Part shown: one piece after another, positions 8,888 to 16,406 of the stretch
How positions within the stretch are numbered: the first letter of the stretch is position 1
Layout of the letters: every line of letters begins with the position of its first letter
Source: an uncultured Verrucomicrobiota bacterium
Lineage (GTDB): Bacteria > Verrucomicrobiota > Kiritimatiellia > PWTM01
Assembly: GCA_964402695.1 (NCBI GenBank)
Contig: CAYODK010000004.1
Span: forward strand, 7,676 to 71,675
Length of the DNA stretch: 64,000 bases
Direction: 5' to 3'
Program-made: the position numbers and the translations under genes
Notes under the pieces: generated by a model
Seen by the model: the letters and a program-made list of their open reading frames with translations, nothing else
What the model was told of the DNA's origin: nothing
The model's database searches: none

Positions 8888-10312
8888 TCAGCTTCCAGTC
8901 ATCGGCCTCGGGGCGGCGGCGGCTTCGCTCCACGGGACCTCGTGCGGCAGGCGCCCGGATCGCGCCGCGAGGGCGGCCACGGTGCCGGCCGCTTCGCCCA
9001 TCGCTACGGCGTTGCCGGTGACGCGGTAGCTGGAGTGGGCGATGAAGTCGCCGCTGATGCAGCGTCCCGCCATCATCAGCCCGTCCACGTCGCGGGCGAT
9101 CAGCGCGCGGAGCGGGATGTCGTACGGCTTCACCTTGATCCCGGCGCCGCCGGCCGGGTCGTTGTGGGGGCGGTCCGCCGCCAGCTGGTGGACATCGACG
9201 CCGAACGTGGCGCGGACGACCGCGTCCTCGTGGCGTACGCCGGCGACCAGATCGTCCTTCGTGACCGTATAGCGCCCGGCGAGGCGGCGGCCGTCGCGCA
9301 CGCCGATCTGCTCCGCCGTGGCGACGATCTGGAGTCCCTCCCACGGCCCGCCGAGTCCGCGCAGTCCGTCGACCATCCTGTGCATCTCCGCTCGGGCCCG
9401 CACCGTGGCGGCGGTGACGCCCGCGGCATCGAAGGGCTTCACCGAATACTCATGGTTCATCATCGCGATCAGCAGGTTGTCCTTCACGTGCCACAGCGTC
9501 GGGCCGCCGTAGGAGGACTCGTGGCCCGTGCTGCGGATGGCCTCCCGGATCGCGGTCTTCTTCGCGGAGTCCGAGTTCTCGCCCGGGCGCGGGTCGGCGA
9601 AGCGCACGAAGCCGCGCAGGGCCTCCGCGTTCTTCACGGCCAGCAGGGCGTTGAGGGACATCGGCTGCCAGGTCCCCGCGGCCTCGTTGCCGAACGCGAA
9701 GGTGCAGCCGGCCTGCGCGCCGAGGTCGCCGTCGCCCGTCGCATCGATGAAGACCGGCGCGCGCCAGGCCTGGCGGCCGGACTTCGACTCCGTGACGATC
9801 GCGGTCAGGCGCCGGCCCTCGCGGTGCGCCGCGGCGACGCGCGTGTGGTACTGGAACGCGACGCCGGCCTCCGCGCACATCTCCTCCAGCACCAGCTTGA
9901 GGATCTCGGGGTGGTAGCTGAAACGCGAGTCGCTCGCGCCCGTGCGTCCGCCGCGCTCGTCCAGCCGCTCGCGGATTTCCCGCGCGAGGCCCGGCTTGGC
10001 GAAATCGAGGAAGTAGCCGACCAGCCCCGCCGTCCAGACGCCGCCGAGGCAGCCACGCCACTCGAACAGGCGGACCTTCGCCCCGGCGCGCGCGGCGGCG
10101 ATCGCGGCGCTGACGCCCGCCGGGCCCGCGCCGCAGACAATCACGCCGGCGCCGCCGGCGAAGGGGATCGCGGTCGCGGGCTCCCGCAACGCCTCGCCGT
10201 CGCAGGCGATGACGCCCGTGTCCGTGGGGTCCGATGTCGAGGTGCCGGCCGCGCCGAGAACGGCGACTCCGAGGAACCGGCGGCGGGAGCAGCGAGAGGA
10301 ATCGGTCTTCAT
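8888..10312 (-). CDS. FAD-dependent oxidoreductase (PF12831-like) with a Tat signal
   Basis: SRRRFLG Tat motif; VIVCGAGPAG, IDATGDGDL, AGRCISGD and GEAAG motifs. Confidence 0.9.
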   Translation of the reverse strand: MKTDSSRCSRRRFLGVAVLGAAGTSTSDPTDTGVIACDGEALREPATAIPFAGGAGVIVCGAGPAGVSAAIAAARAGAKVRLFEWRGCLGGVWTAGLVGYFLDFAKPGLAREIRERLDERGGRTGASDSRFSYHPEILKLVLEEMCAEAGVAFQYHTRVAAAHREGRRLTAIVTESKSGRQAWRAPVFIDATGDGDLGAQAGCTFAFGNEAAGTWQPMSLNALLAVKNAEALRGFVRFADPRPGENSDSAKKTAIREAIRSTGHESSYGGPTLWHVKDNLLIAMMNHEYSVKPFDAAGVTAATVRARAEMHRMVDGLRGLGGPWEGLQIVATAEQIGVRDGRRLAGRYTVTKDDLVAGVRHEDAVVRATFGVDVHQLAADRPHNDPAGGAGIKVKPYDIPLRALIARDVDGLMMAGRCISGDFIAHSSYRVTGNAVAMGEAAGTVAALAARSGRLPHEVPWSEAAAAPRPMTGS

Positions 10313-10367
10313 GGCCTCCGTCTATCATCCCCGGCCGGCTTGGGGAAGACTCAAGGTGCTGCCCCAT

Positions 10368-11648
10368 TCACGCCCCGCGGACCTCCTCGCGGTAGTCCGA
10401 GGGCCAGCGGCCGGCGTGGTGGTGAAAGGCGCGGCTGAAGGACGCCGCCGTGGCGTATCCACAGGCGCGGGCAATGTCGGCGATACGGTGCGCGCGATCG
10501 GCGAGCAGGGAACGCGCGGTCTGCATCCGCACGCGGACCAGTTCCTCGCGGACGGTGCGGCCGAGTGCGCGTTCGAAGCGGCGGTCGAGCGTGCGGCGCG
10601 AGACGCCGAGCCCCTGCGCGATCTGCTCCGAGCCGACCAGGTCGCCTGCCTGCTCGCGGACCCTCTGGACGGCCGACCGCACAAGGTCGTCATCGACGGC
10701 GACCGTGTCGGTCGAACCGCGCGCGGCGATGCCGACGGGCTCGATCCTCACGTGCGGCGTCGCGATGCGGCGTCCCGCCATCGCGGCGTCGAGCATCCGT
10801 GCGGCCTCGAAGCCGATGCGCGGGGTGGGGAGCCGCACGCTGGAGAGTGTCGGCCAGCTCACCTCGCACATCAGTTCATCGTCGCCGATCCCGAGCACGG
10901 CGACCTGCTGCGGCACCGCGATCCTGGCCCAGCGGCACGCGGTGAGCACGCGTTCCCCGAGCTTGTCGTCGAAGACCAGGAGTCCGACGGGTTTCGGGAG
11001 CCCCCGCAGCCAGCGCATCATCGGGCCGAGGCCCGACTCGCCCTCGGCGACGGGGTCGGCGAAGGCCGGTAGAACTGCGCCCGTGACGCCGTCCGGCCGC
11101 CGTCGGACGACACGGAGGTCGTCCCTCCAGCCCCCGGCGGCCGGGGTCGGTGGCGGGCCGGGCTCCGTCCCGGCCGTTCCGCGCGGCGGACGTGACGGAG
11201 CCAGAGCCGCCAGCGCGGCCGCGAAGCCGGCGCGGCGCTCCTCCGAGGCGGTGCGCCCCGCGACGCCGCAGTAGCCGAAGTGGCGCAGGCCCGCCTGGAC
11301 CAGATGCTCCGCGGCGACCCGGGCGACGGCGGCGTTGTCGATGCTGACGGTCAGGCCGATCGGCTGCTCGCCGCGCGCGGTGTCGACCAGCGGGATCCCC
11401 AGACTCCGGGCGGCGGCGACCAGCCACCGGTCGGCGATGTAGGCCAGGATGCCGTCCGGGCTCAATCGCGCGACCTCGCCCGCGGCGCCCTGTCCGCCCC
11501 GCCGGACCAGCATCATCCGCCAGCCGTGGCGGCGGACGTACTGCGCGACGCCGTGCAGGCGGTTGCGCCCGGCGCCGTCGCGGGTGTCGATGCATACGGC
11601 GACCGATCGGGTACGCGGGACGGCTGGTTTCACGCGGCGATGATGCAT
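10368..11648 (-). CDS. XylR-type transcriptional regulator (periplasmic-binding-protein-like domain plus AraC HTH) carrying an internal REP-derived insertion
   Basis: LPKPVGLLVFDD, VPQQVAVLGIGDD, TLSSV, ARGSTD and C-terminal IADIARACGYATAASFSRAF; start is 11648 (ATG) or 11633 (GTG). Confidence 0.9.
   Translation of the reverse strand: MHHRRVKPAVPRTRSVAVCIDTRDGAGRNRLHGVAQYVRRHGWRMMLVRRGGQGAAGEVARLSPDGILAYIADRWLVAAARSLGIPLVDTARGEQPIGLTVSIDNAAVARVAAEHLVQAGLRHFGYCGVAGRTASEERRAGFAAALAALAPSRPPRGTAGTEPGPPPTPAAGGWRDDLRVVRRRPDGVTGAVLPAFADPVAEGESGLGPMMRWLRGLPKPVGLLVFDDKLGERVLTACRWARIAVPQQVAVLGIGDDELMCEVSWPTLSSVRLPTPRIGFEAARMLDAAMAGRRIATPHVRIEPVGIAARGSTDTVAVDDDLVRSAVQRVREQAGDLVGSEQIAQGLGVSRRTLDRRFERALGRTVREELVRVRMQTARSLLADRAHRIADIARACGYATAASFSRAFHHHAGRWPSDYREEVRGA
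11105..11175. repeat. Divergent REP doublet (TGGAGGG family) inside the XylR CDS
   Basis: GGACGACACGGAGGTCGTCCCTCCA (reverse copy, 11105-11129) and TGGCGGGCCGGGCTCCGTCCCGGCC (11151-11175), both with the loop CTCCGT. Confidence 0.75.
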
Positions 11649-11681
11649 GACCAAAACAGGTATGCCAATGACGAAACAAGG
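11648..11681. promoter_or_regulatory. Candidate AraC/XylR tandem operator in the divergent promoter
   Basis: TGACCAAAACAGG (11648-11660) and TGACGAAACAAGG (11669-11681) are direct repeats with a 21-bp period. Confidence 0.55.
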
Positions 11682-11740
11682 CAATTGCCCCGGGCGGCGG
11701 ACCGGCCTAGCCTGACGGGAAAACCGTGGGGGAGACGCCG

Positions 11741-12514
11741 ATGAGATTCGCCGGGAAGACCATCCTTGTCACCGGTGCGGGAAAGAACACCGGGTTGGGC
11801 ATCGCGGCAGGCTTCGCCGCGGCGGGCGCGACCGTCTTTGTCAACGACGCGACGCCGGAGGGGGCCGGCCGCGCGGCGGCGGCGCTGCGACGGAAGGGGT
11901 GGAAACGCGTGCACGCCGCCCCGGCGGACGTCGGCGACGCGAAGGCCGTGGAGGCGATGTTCCGGGCGATCCGGCGTCGCGCGAAGCGGCTGGACATCCT
12001 GGTCAACAACGCGGCGCACCTCGGGGTCGGGCCGGAATTCCTCGACACGGAACCGGCGTTCTTCGAATCCGTCGTGCGGGTGAACCTGCTCGGCACGTTC
12101 CAGGTCTCGCGGCTCGCGGCGCGATGGATGAAGGACACCGGCGGCGGGGCCATCGTGAACATCGGGTCGAACGTCTCCACCCGCGCGATCCACAAGCGCG
12201 CCGCCTACCTCGCCAGCAAGGGCGGGATCGACGCGCTGACCCTGGCGATGGCCGTCGATCTCGCGCCGCACGGCATCCGCGTCAACGAGGTGGCGCCGGG
12301 CTACATTCACAGCGACCGTTGGCTCACGCTGCCGGCGGAGCACGCGAAACGGCGGCGCGCGAACATCCCGCTCGGTCGCGAGGCGATGCCGGAGGATATT
12401 GCCGAGGCCGTGATGTTCCTCGCCTCCGACCGGGCCGGGAACGTGACCGGCTCGCGGCTGGTGGTCGACGGCGGCTGCACGGCCCAGCACATGCCGAAGG
12501 ACGTGGACGTGTGA
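11741..12514 (+). CDS. SDR family oxidoreductase (putative sugar dehydrogenase)
   Basis: TGAGKNTGLG, DILVNNA, YLASK, VNEVAPG and VVDGG motifs. Confidence 0.92.
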   Translation: MRFAGKTILVTGAGKNTGLGIAAGFAAAGATVFVNDATPEGAGRAAAALRRKGWKRVHAAPADVGDAKAVEAMFRAIRRRAKRLDILVNNAAHLGVGPEFLDTEPAFFESVVRVNLLGTFQVSRLAARWMKDTGGGAIVNIGSNVSTRAIHKRAAYLASKGGIDALTLAMAVDLAPHGIRVNEVAPGYIHSDRWLTLPAEHAKRRRANIPLGREAMPEDIAEAVMFLASDRAGNVTGSRLVVDGGCTAQHMPKDVDV

Positions 12515-13965
12515 GCGCGGACGCCCAGGACGACGCCCGGGTCTGCTGTAGCCGCGACGGGTCGTCGCGGCCGGTACGCGCCCCGGAGCCCGCATCGGCC
12601 GCGACCGCCGGTCGCGGCTACAGCGACACATCCACGGGTACGGTCTTCTGTAGCCGCGACGGGTCGTCGCGGCGGGCGGACGCCCCGGAGCCGACCCGTC
12701 CGGGCTACAAGTGGGAGCTGCTCGCGCTGCTCTTTTTCGCGTTCTTCTTCCACCAGGGCGATCGCGCGATCTACGGCGTCGTGCTGCCCGCGATCAAGAC
12801 GGACCTCGGCGTGTCGGACAGCCAGCTCGGCCTCGTCGGCAGCGTGCTCTTCGCGACGCTGGCGCTGATGATGCCGGTTGCCGGCTACGTCGGCGACATC
12901 TGGAACCGCAAGCGGATCATCGTCGGGAGCCTGCTGTTCTGGAGCCTGGCGACGATGCTGACGGGTTTCGCGGGCGGCGTGGGCGGACTGATCGCGTTCC
13001 GCAGCGTTGCGACGGCGGGCGGCGAGTCGTTCTACGCGCCCGCGGCGTACCCGCTGATCGCGGCGCACCACACGCGGACGCGGTCCATCGCGCTGTCCGT
13101 CCACCAGGCCTCGCTCTACATCGGCGTCATGGTCAGCGGGTTCATCGGCGGGTTCATCGCGGACCAGTGGGGCTGGCGGTCCGCCTTCTACGTCTTCGGC
13201 GGCGGGGGCATCGTGCTCGGCCTCGTGCTGGCGGTCCGCCTGCTCGACGCCCCGCCCCCGGCGCGCGCGGAGGGAGGCGGGACCGTCTCCCCGTTGCGGG
13301 CGCTCGGCGTGCTGTTCCGGTCGCCGTCGGCGCTGCTGCTGACGGCCGGCTTCACGGCGATCGTCTTCGTCAACAACGCCTACGTCGTGTGGGCGCCGGT
13401 GTTCCTGAAGGAGCGGTTCGACCTGTCGCTCGCGCAGGCCGGCGGCTACGCGATGTCGTGGCACCACGCGGCCGCTCTCGGGGGCATCCTGCTCGGCGGC
13501 TGGCTGTCGGACCGTCTCGCCGCGGCCCGGCCGGTCTTCCGGCTGCAGCTGATGTCGGGCGCGATGCTGCTCGGCGCGCCGGTGATCGTCCTGCTGGGGC
13601 GGGCGGACGCGATCGCCGCCGCGTGCGCGGCCATGGCGGGCTTCGGCTTCTTCCGCGGGCTCTATGAGGCCAACACCCACGCGGCGCTCTTCGAGGTCAT
13701 CGCGCCGAAGTTCCGCGCCTCGGCGGTCGGGATCATGACGATGCTCGCCTTCCTCGCCGGGTCGGTCTCGCCGTGGCTGCTCGGCCGCATGCGCGAGACC
13801 CACGCCGCCGGACAGGGCCTCGGTCTCGGCTTCTCCGCCCTCGGCGGGGCCTACGTGATCGGCGGCATCGCGGTCCTGTGCGCGGTGCTGTTCACGTTCC
13901 GGAGGGACCGGGTCGAAGAAGAAGGAGAAGTGGAAAACTCCGAACTCCAAGGAAGTGGGAAGTGA
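12511..13965 (+). CDS. MFS transporter (sugar-acid/ACS-like) with a REP-derived N-terminal extension
   Basis: GTG start overlaps the SDR stop (GTGA); QGDRAIYGVVLPAIKTDLG, GDIWNRKR, GESFYAPA and GGWLSDR motifs; about 12 hydrophobic segments. Confidence 0.9.
   Translation: MSADAQDDARVCCSRDGSSRPVRAPEPASAATAGRGYSDTSTGTVFCSRDGSSRRADAPEPTRPGYKWELLALLFFAFFFHQGDRAIYGVVLPAIKTDLGVSDSQLGLVGSVLFATLALMMPVAGYVGDIWNRKRIIVGSLLFWSLATMLTGFAGGVGGLIAFRSVATAGGESFYAPAAYPLIAAHHTRTRSIALSVHQASLYIGVMVSGFIGGFIADQWGWRSAFYVFGGGGIVLGLVLAVRLLDAPPPARAEGGGTVSPLRALGVLFRSPSALLLTAGFTAIVFVNNAYVVWAPVFLKERFDLSLAQAGGYAMSWHHAAALGGILLGGWLSDRLAAARPVFRLQLMSGAMLLGAPVIVLLGRADAIAAACAAMAGFGFFRGLYEANTHAALFEVIAPKFRASAVGIMTMLAFLAGSVSPWLLGRMRETHAAGQGLGLGFSALGGAYVIGGIAVLCAVLFTFRRDRVEEEGEVENSELQGSGK
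12546..12700. repeat. Cluster of three GTAG-type REPs inside the 5' part of the MFS CDS
   Basis: GTAGCCGCGACGGGTCGTCGCGG at 12548-12570 and 12650-12672 (identical); inverted copy CCGCGACCGCCGGTCGCGGCTAC at 12599-12621. Confidence 0.85.
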
Positions 13966-14190
13966 GGAAGAAAGAAGAAGGAAGAAGTCGGCGCATCTCC
14001 GGGTCCGGCTCGCCGCATGGATCGCTCGAACGGCCGGCCCGGTGGTCCGGCCCCACCCACCGACCCCGTGGGATTCGTGGCAGAGCCGGGCCGCTGCCCC
14101 GGCCGAACAGAAGGCCCGTGCGTGCCGCTCCTTCCTTCTTCTTCTCCTTGGTCCTTGTCACTTCCTTGGAGTTTGGAGTTTCTCACTTGC
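13928..14190. mobile_element. MITE-like element with imperfect terminal inverted repeats
   Basis: AAACTCCGAACTCCAAGGAAGTG (13935-13957) versus CACTTCCTTGGAGTTTGGAGTTT (14159-14181), a 22/23 inverted match, extended inward by purine-rich and pyrimidine-rich tracts. Confidence 0.5.
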
Positions 14191-14206
14191 CGTCGCGGGT
14201 GTCCGT

Positions 14207-15118
14207 ATGACGATCACCTGGCTTGGACAATCCGGCTACTTGCTCGAAGGCGCGGGGGTGCGGATCGCGATCGATCCCTACCTGAGCGACGCCGTGGAGC
14301 GGGCGCAGGGGCTGAAGCGCCTCGTCGCGCCGCCGCTGACCGTCGCACAGCTGGCGCCGGACGTTCTGCTGATCACGCACGACCATCTCGACCACTTCGA
14401 TCCGGACACGGTGCCTGCGGTCATGAGATCGTTCCCGGCCTGCCGCCTCGCCGGCCCGGCCAGCGTCAGGGCGCACGGCGCGCGGATCGGTCTGGCGGAC
14501 GCGCGGCTCGTGGCGCTCGATGCCGGCGGCTCTGCGTGCCTCGGCGGCGTTGAAGTCACCGCCACGCCCGCGCGCCACAGCGATCCCGCCGCGGTCGGCC
14601 TGCTGGTCCGCGCCGACGGCGTCCTCCTCTGGTTCAGCGGCGACACCCTCTACGGTCCGGACCTGGCCGGCGATGTGCTCCGTCTTGCGGGCCGGGCGCC
14701 GGATGCGGCGTTCGTCTGCATGAACGGGCGCCTCGGCAACATGGGGGTCGACGACGCCGTCCGCCTCCTCGCGGAGATGCGGCCGGCCCTCGCCGTGCCG
14801 TCGCATTACGGCATGTTCGCCGAGAACACCGCGGCCCCCGCGCCATTCGCCGCCGCGTGCGCGCGCGCCGGGCTGCGGACCCTGGTTCTGGACCCCGGCA
14901 TGCCCGTCGCCTGCTTCTTGGAGGGCCGAGCTACGCGAGGCCGCGACCCGGTTCCACCGCAGCCGTGGACCGGGCCCGAGTCGGGGCAGACAGGAGTGTC
15001 TGCCCCACAACCGATGCATCGGGTTGCGGGAGGGACGGACTTCGGCGAGCTCAGTCGAGCCGCGGCCCCGCCGCCCGCTGGAGTCGATTCCGCAAGGACG
15101 AAAGGGACGCCCGCATGA
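14207..15118 (+). CDS. MBL-fold metallo-hydrolase (UlaG-like, putative lactonase) with a repeat-derived C-terminal tail
   Basis: ITWLGQSG, IDPYLSD, THDHLDHFD, WFSGDT and PSHYGMF motifs; stop overlaps the next ATG (ATGA). Confidence 0.85.
   Translation: MTITWLGQSGYLLEGAGVRIAIDPYLSDAVERAQGLKRLVAPPLTVAQLAPDVLLITHDHLDHFDPDTVPAVMRSFPACRLAGPASVRAHGARIGLADARLVALDAGGSACLGGVEVTATPARHSDPAAVGLLVRADGVLLWFSGDTLYGPDLAGDVLRLAGRAPDAAFVCMNGRLGNMGVDDAVRLLAEMRPALAVPSHYGMFAENTAAPAPFAAACARAGLRTLVLDPGMPVACFLEGRATRGRDPVPPQPWTGPESGQTGVSAPQPMHRVAGGTDFGELSRAAAPPPAGVDSARTKGTPA
14920..15060. repeat. REP cluster within the 3' end of the MBL hydrolase ORF
   Basis: GGAGGGCCGAGCTACGCGAGGCCG at 14920-14943 (identical to 4672-4695) and GGGGCAGACAGGAGTGTCTGCCCCAC at 14983-15008. 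Confidence 0.85.
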
Positions 15119-16302
15119 AGATCACCGCCATCCAGACCCTGATCTGCCACGTGTACCGGACGAACTGGGTGTTCGTGAAGGTGCGGACCGACGAGGGCCT
15201 CCACGGCGTCGGCGAGGTGACGCTCGAGCACCGAGAGCTGACCGTCGAGGCCGCGGTGAAGGAGCTCGAGCGCACCTTCGTCGGACAGGACCCCCACGCG
15301 ATTGAGGCGCTCTGGCACCGCGCGTACCGCGACGCCTACTGGCGGGGCGGGCCGGTGCTGATGAGCGCGCTTTCGGGTGTCGAGATGGCCCTCTGGGACA
15401 TCAAGGGCAAGGCGCTCGGCGTCCCGGTGTGGCAGCTCCTCGGCGGCAAGGTGCGGGACGAGATCCCGTGCTACGCCAACGGCTGGTTCGCGCCGGCGAA
15501 GACGCCCGACGAGTTCGCCGAGAAGGCGCGCGCGGCGGTGAACGCGGGTTTCCGCGGCCTGAAGTGGGATCCGTTCGGCTCGGCCTACCTTGAGATCGGC
15601 AAGAAGGGCCTGCGCGACGCGCTGCGGTGCGTCGAGGCGGTCGTGGAGGCCGTCGGACCGGAGGTCGACATCCTCATCGAGGGTCACGGCCGCTTCAACG
15701 TGGCGACCGCGGTGCGGATCGCGCACGCGCTGGAGGACTACGATATCCACTGGTTCGAGGAGCCGGTGCCGCCGGACAACCTCGAGGCGCTGGCGGAGGT
15801 CAAGCGCCGCTCGCGCGTGCCGATCGCGGCGGGAGAGCGCGTCTACAGCCGCTGGGACTTCCAGCGCTTCTTCGAGCTGCGCTGCGCCGACTTCGTCCAG
15901 CCCGACGTCAGCCACGTCGGCGGCATCATGGAGATGAAGAAGATCGCCGCGCAGGCCGAGGCCCACCACATCGCGATCTGCCCGCACAACCCGAGCGGCT
16001 GCGTCGCCAACGCGGCCGGCCTCCAGCTCGCGGGCTGCGTGCCGAACTTCTCGGTGCTCGAGACCATGAGCACGGATGTCCCGTACCGGCGCGAGATCAG
16101 CACCGAGCGCGTCGTCTTCGAGAACGGCATGATGCGCATCCCCGACGCGCCGGGCCTGGGCATCGATCTCAACGAGGCGGCCATCGCGGCGCATCCGTAC
16201 CAGCCGCGGGATCTCCGGCATTACGTCGGTCGCCTCACCGAGATCCGTCCGCCGGACGCGGTCGGGTACTTTGTGACCGGGACGGCGGGAGGCGGGGCAT
16301 GA
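15115..16302 (+). CDS. dgoD: Galactonate dehydratase-like enzyme (enolase / mandelate racemase superfamily)
   Basis: WVFVKVRTDEGLHGVGE, YWRGGPVLMSALSGVEMALWDIKGK, WFEEP, GER, VQPD and CPHNP motifs; substrate not certain. Confidence 0.8.
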   Translation: MKITAIQTLICHVYRTNWVFVKVRTDEGLHGVGEVTLEHRELTVEAAVKELERTFVGQDPHAIEALWHRAYRDAYWRGGPVLMSALSGVEMALWDIKGKALGVPVWQLLGGKVRDEIPCYANGWFAPAKTPDEFAEKARAAVNAGFRGLKWDPFGSAYLEIGKKGLRDALRCVEAVVEAVGPEVDILIEGHGRFNVATAVRIAHALEDYDIHWFEEPVPPDNLEALAEVKRRSRVPIAAGERVYSRWDFQRFFELRCADFVQPDVSHVGGIMEMKKIAAQAEAHHIAICPHNPSGCVANAAGLQLAGCVPNFSVLETMSTDVPYRREISTERVVFENGMMRIPDAPGLGIDLNEAAIAAHPYQPRDLRHYVGRLTEIRPPDAVGYFVTGTAGGGA

Positions 16303-16320
16303 GGCCCGGTGACGCGGGCG

Positions 16321-16392
16321 GGGCAGGCAGGAGTGCCTGCCTCACGTCCAAGCCTTGGAAGGTTGTCCGTGATGGGTTTCCAACCCTTGGAA
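16321..16392. repeat. Family A REP followed by the TTCCAA-N3-TTGGAA doublet (copy 2)
   Basis: GGGCAGGCAGGAGTGCCTGCCTCAC at 16321-16345; GTCCAAGCCTTGGAA at 16346-16360; 17-bp spacer; TTCCAACCCTTGGAA at 16378-16392. Confidence 0.8.
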
Positions 16393-16406
16393 GCGAGGGA
16401 ACGGCG

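Noticed and set aside
12546-12700. Possible mini-CRISPR array (repeated 23-25-mers)
   Set aside because: Only two direct copies with an inverted copy between them, repeats too short, and no cas genes; fits REP organisation.
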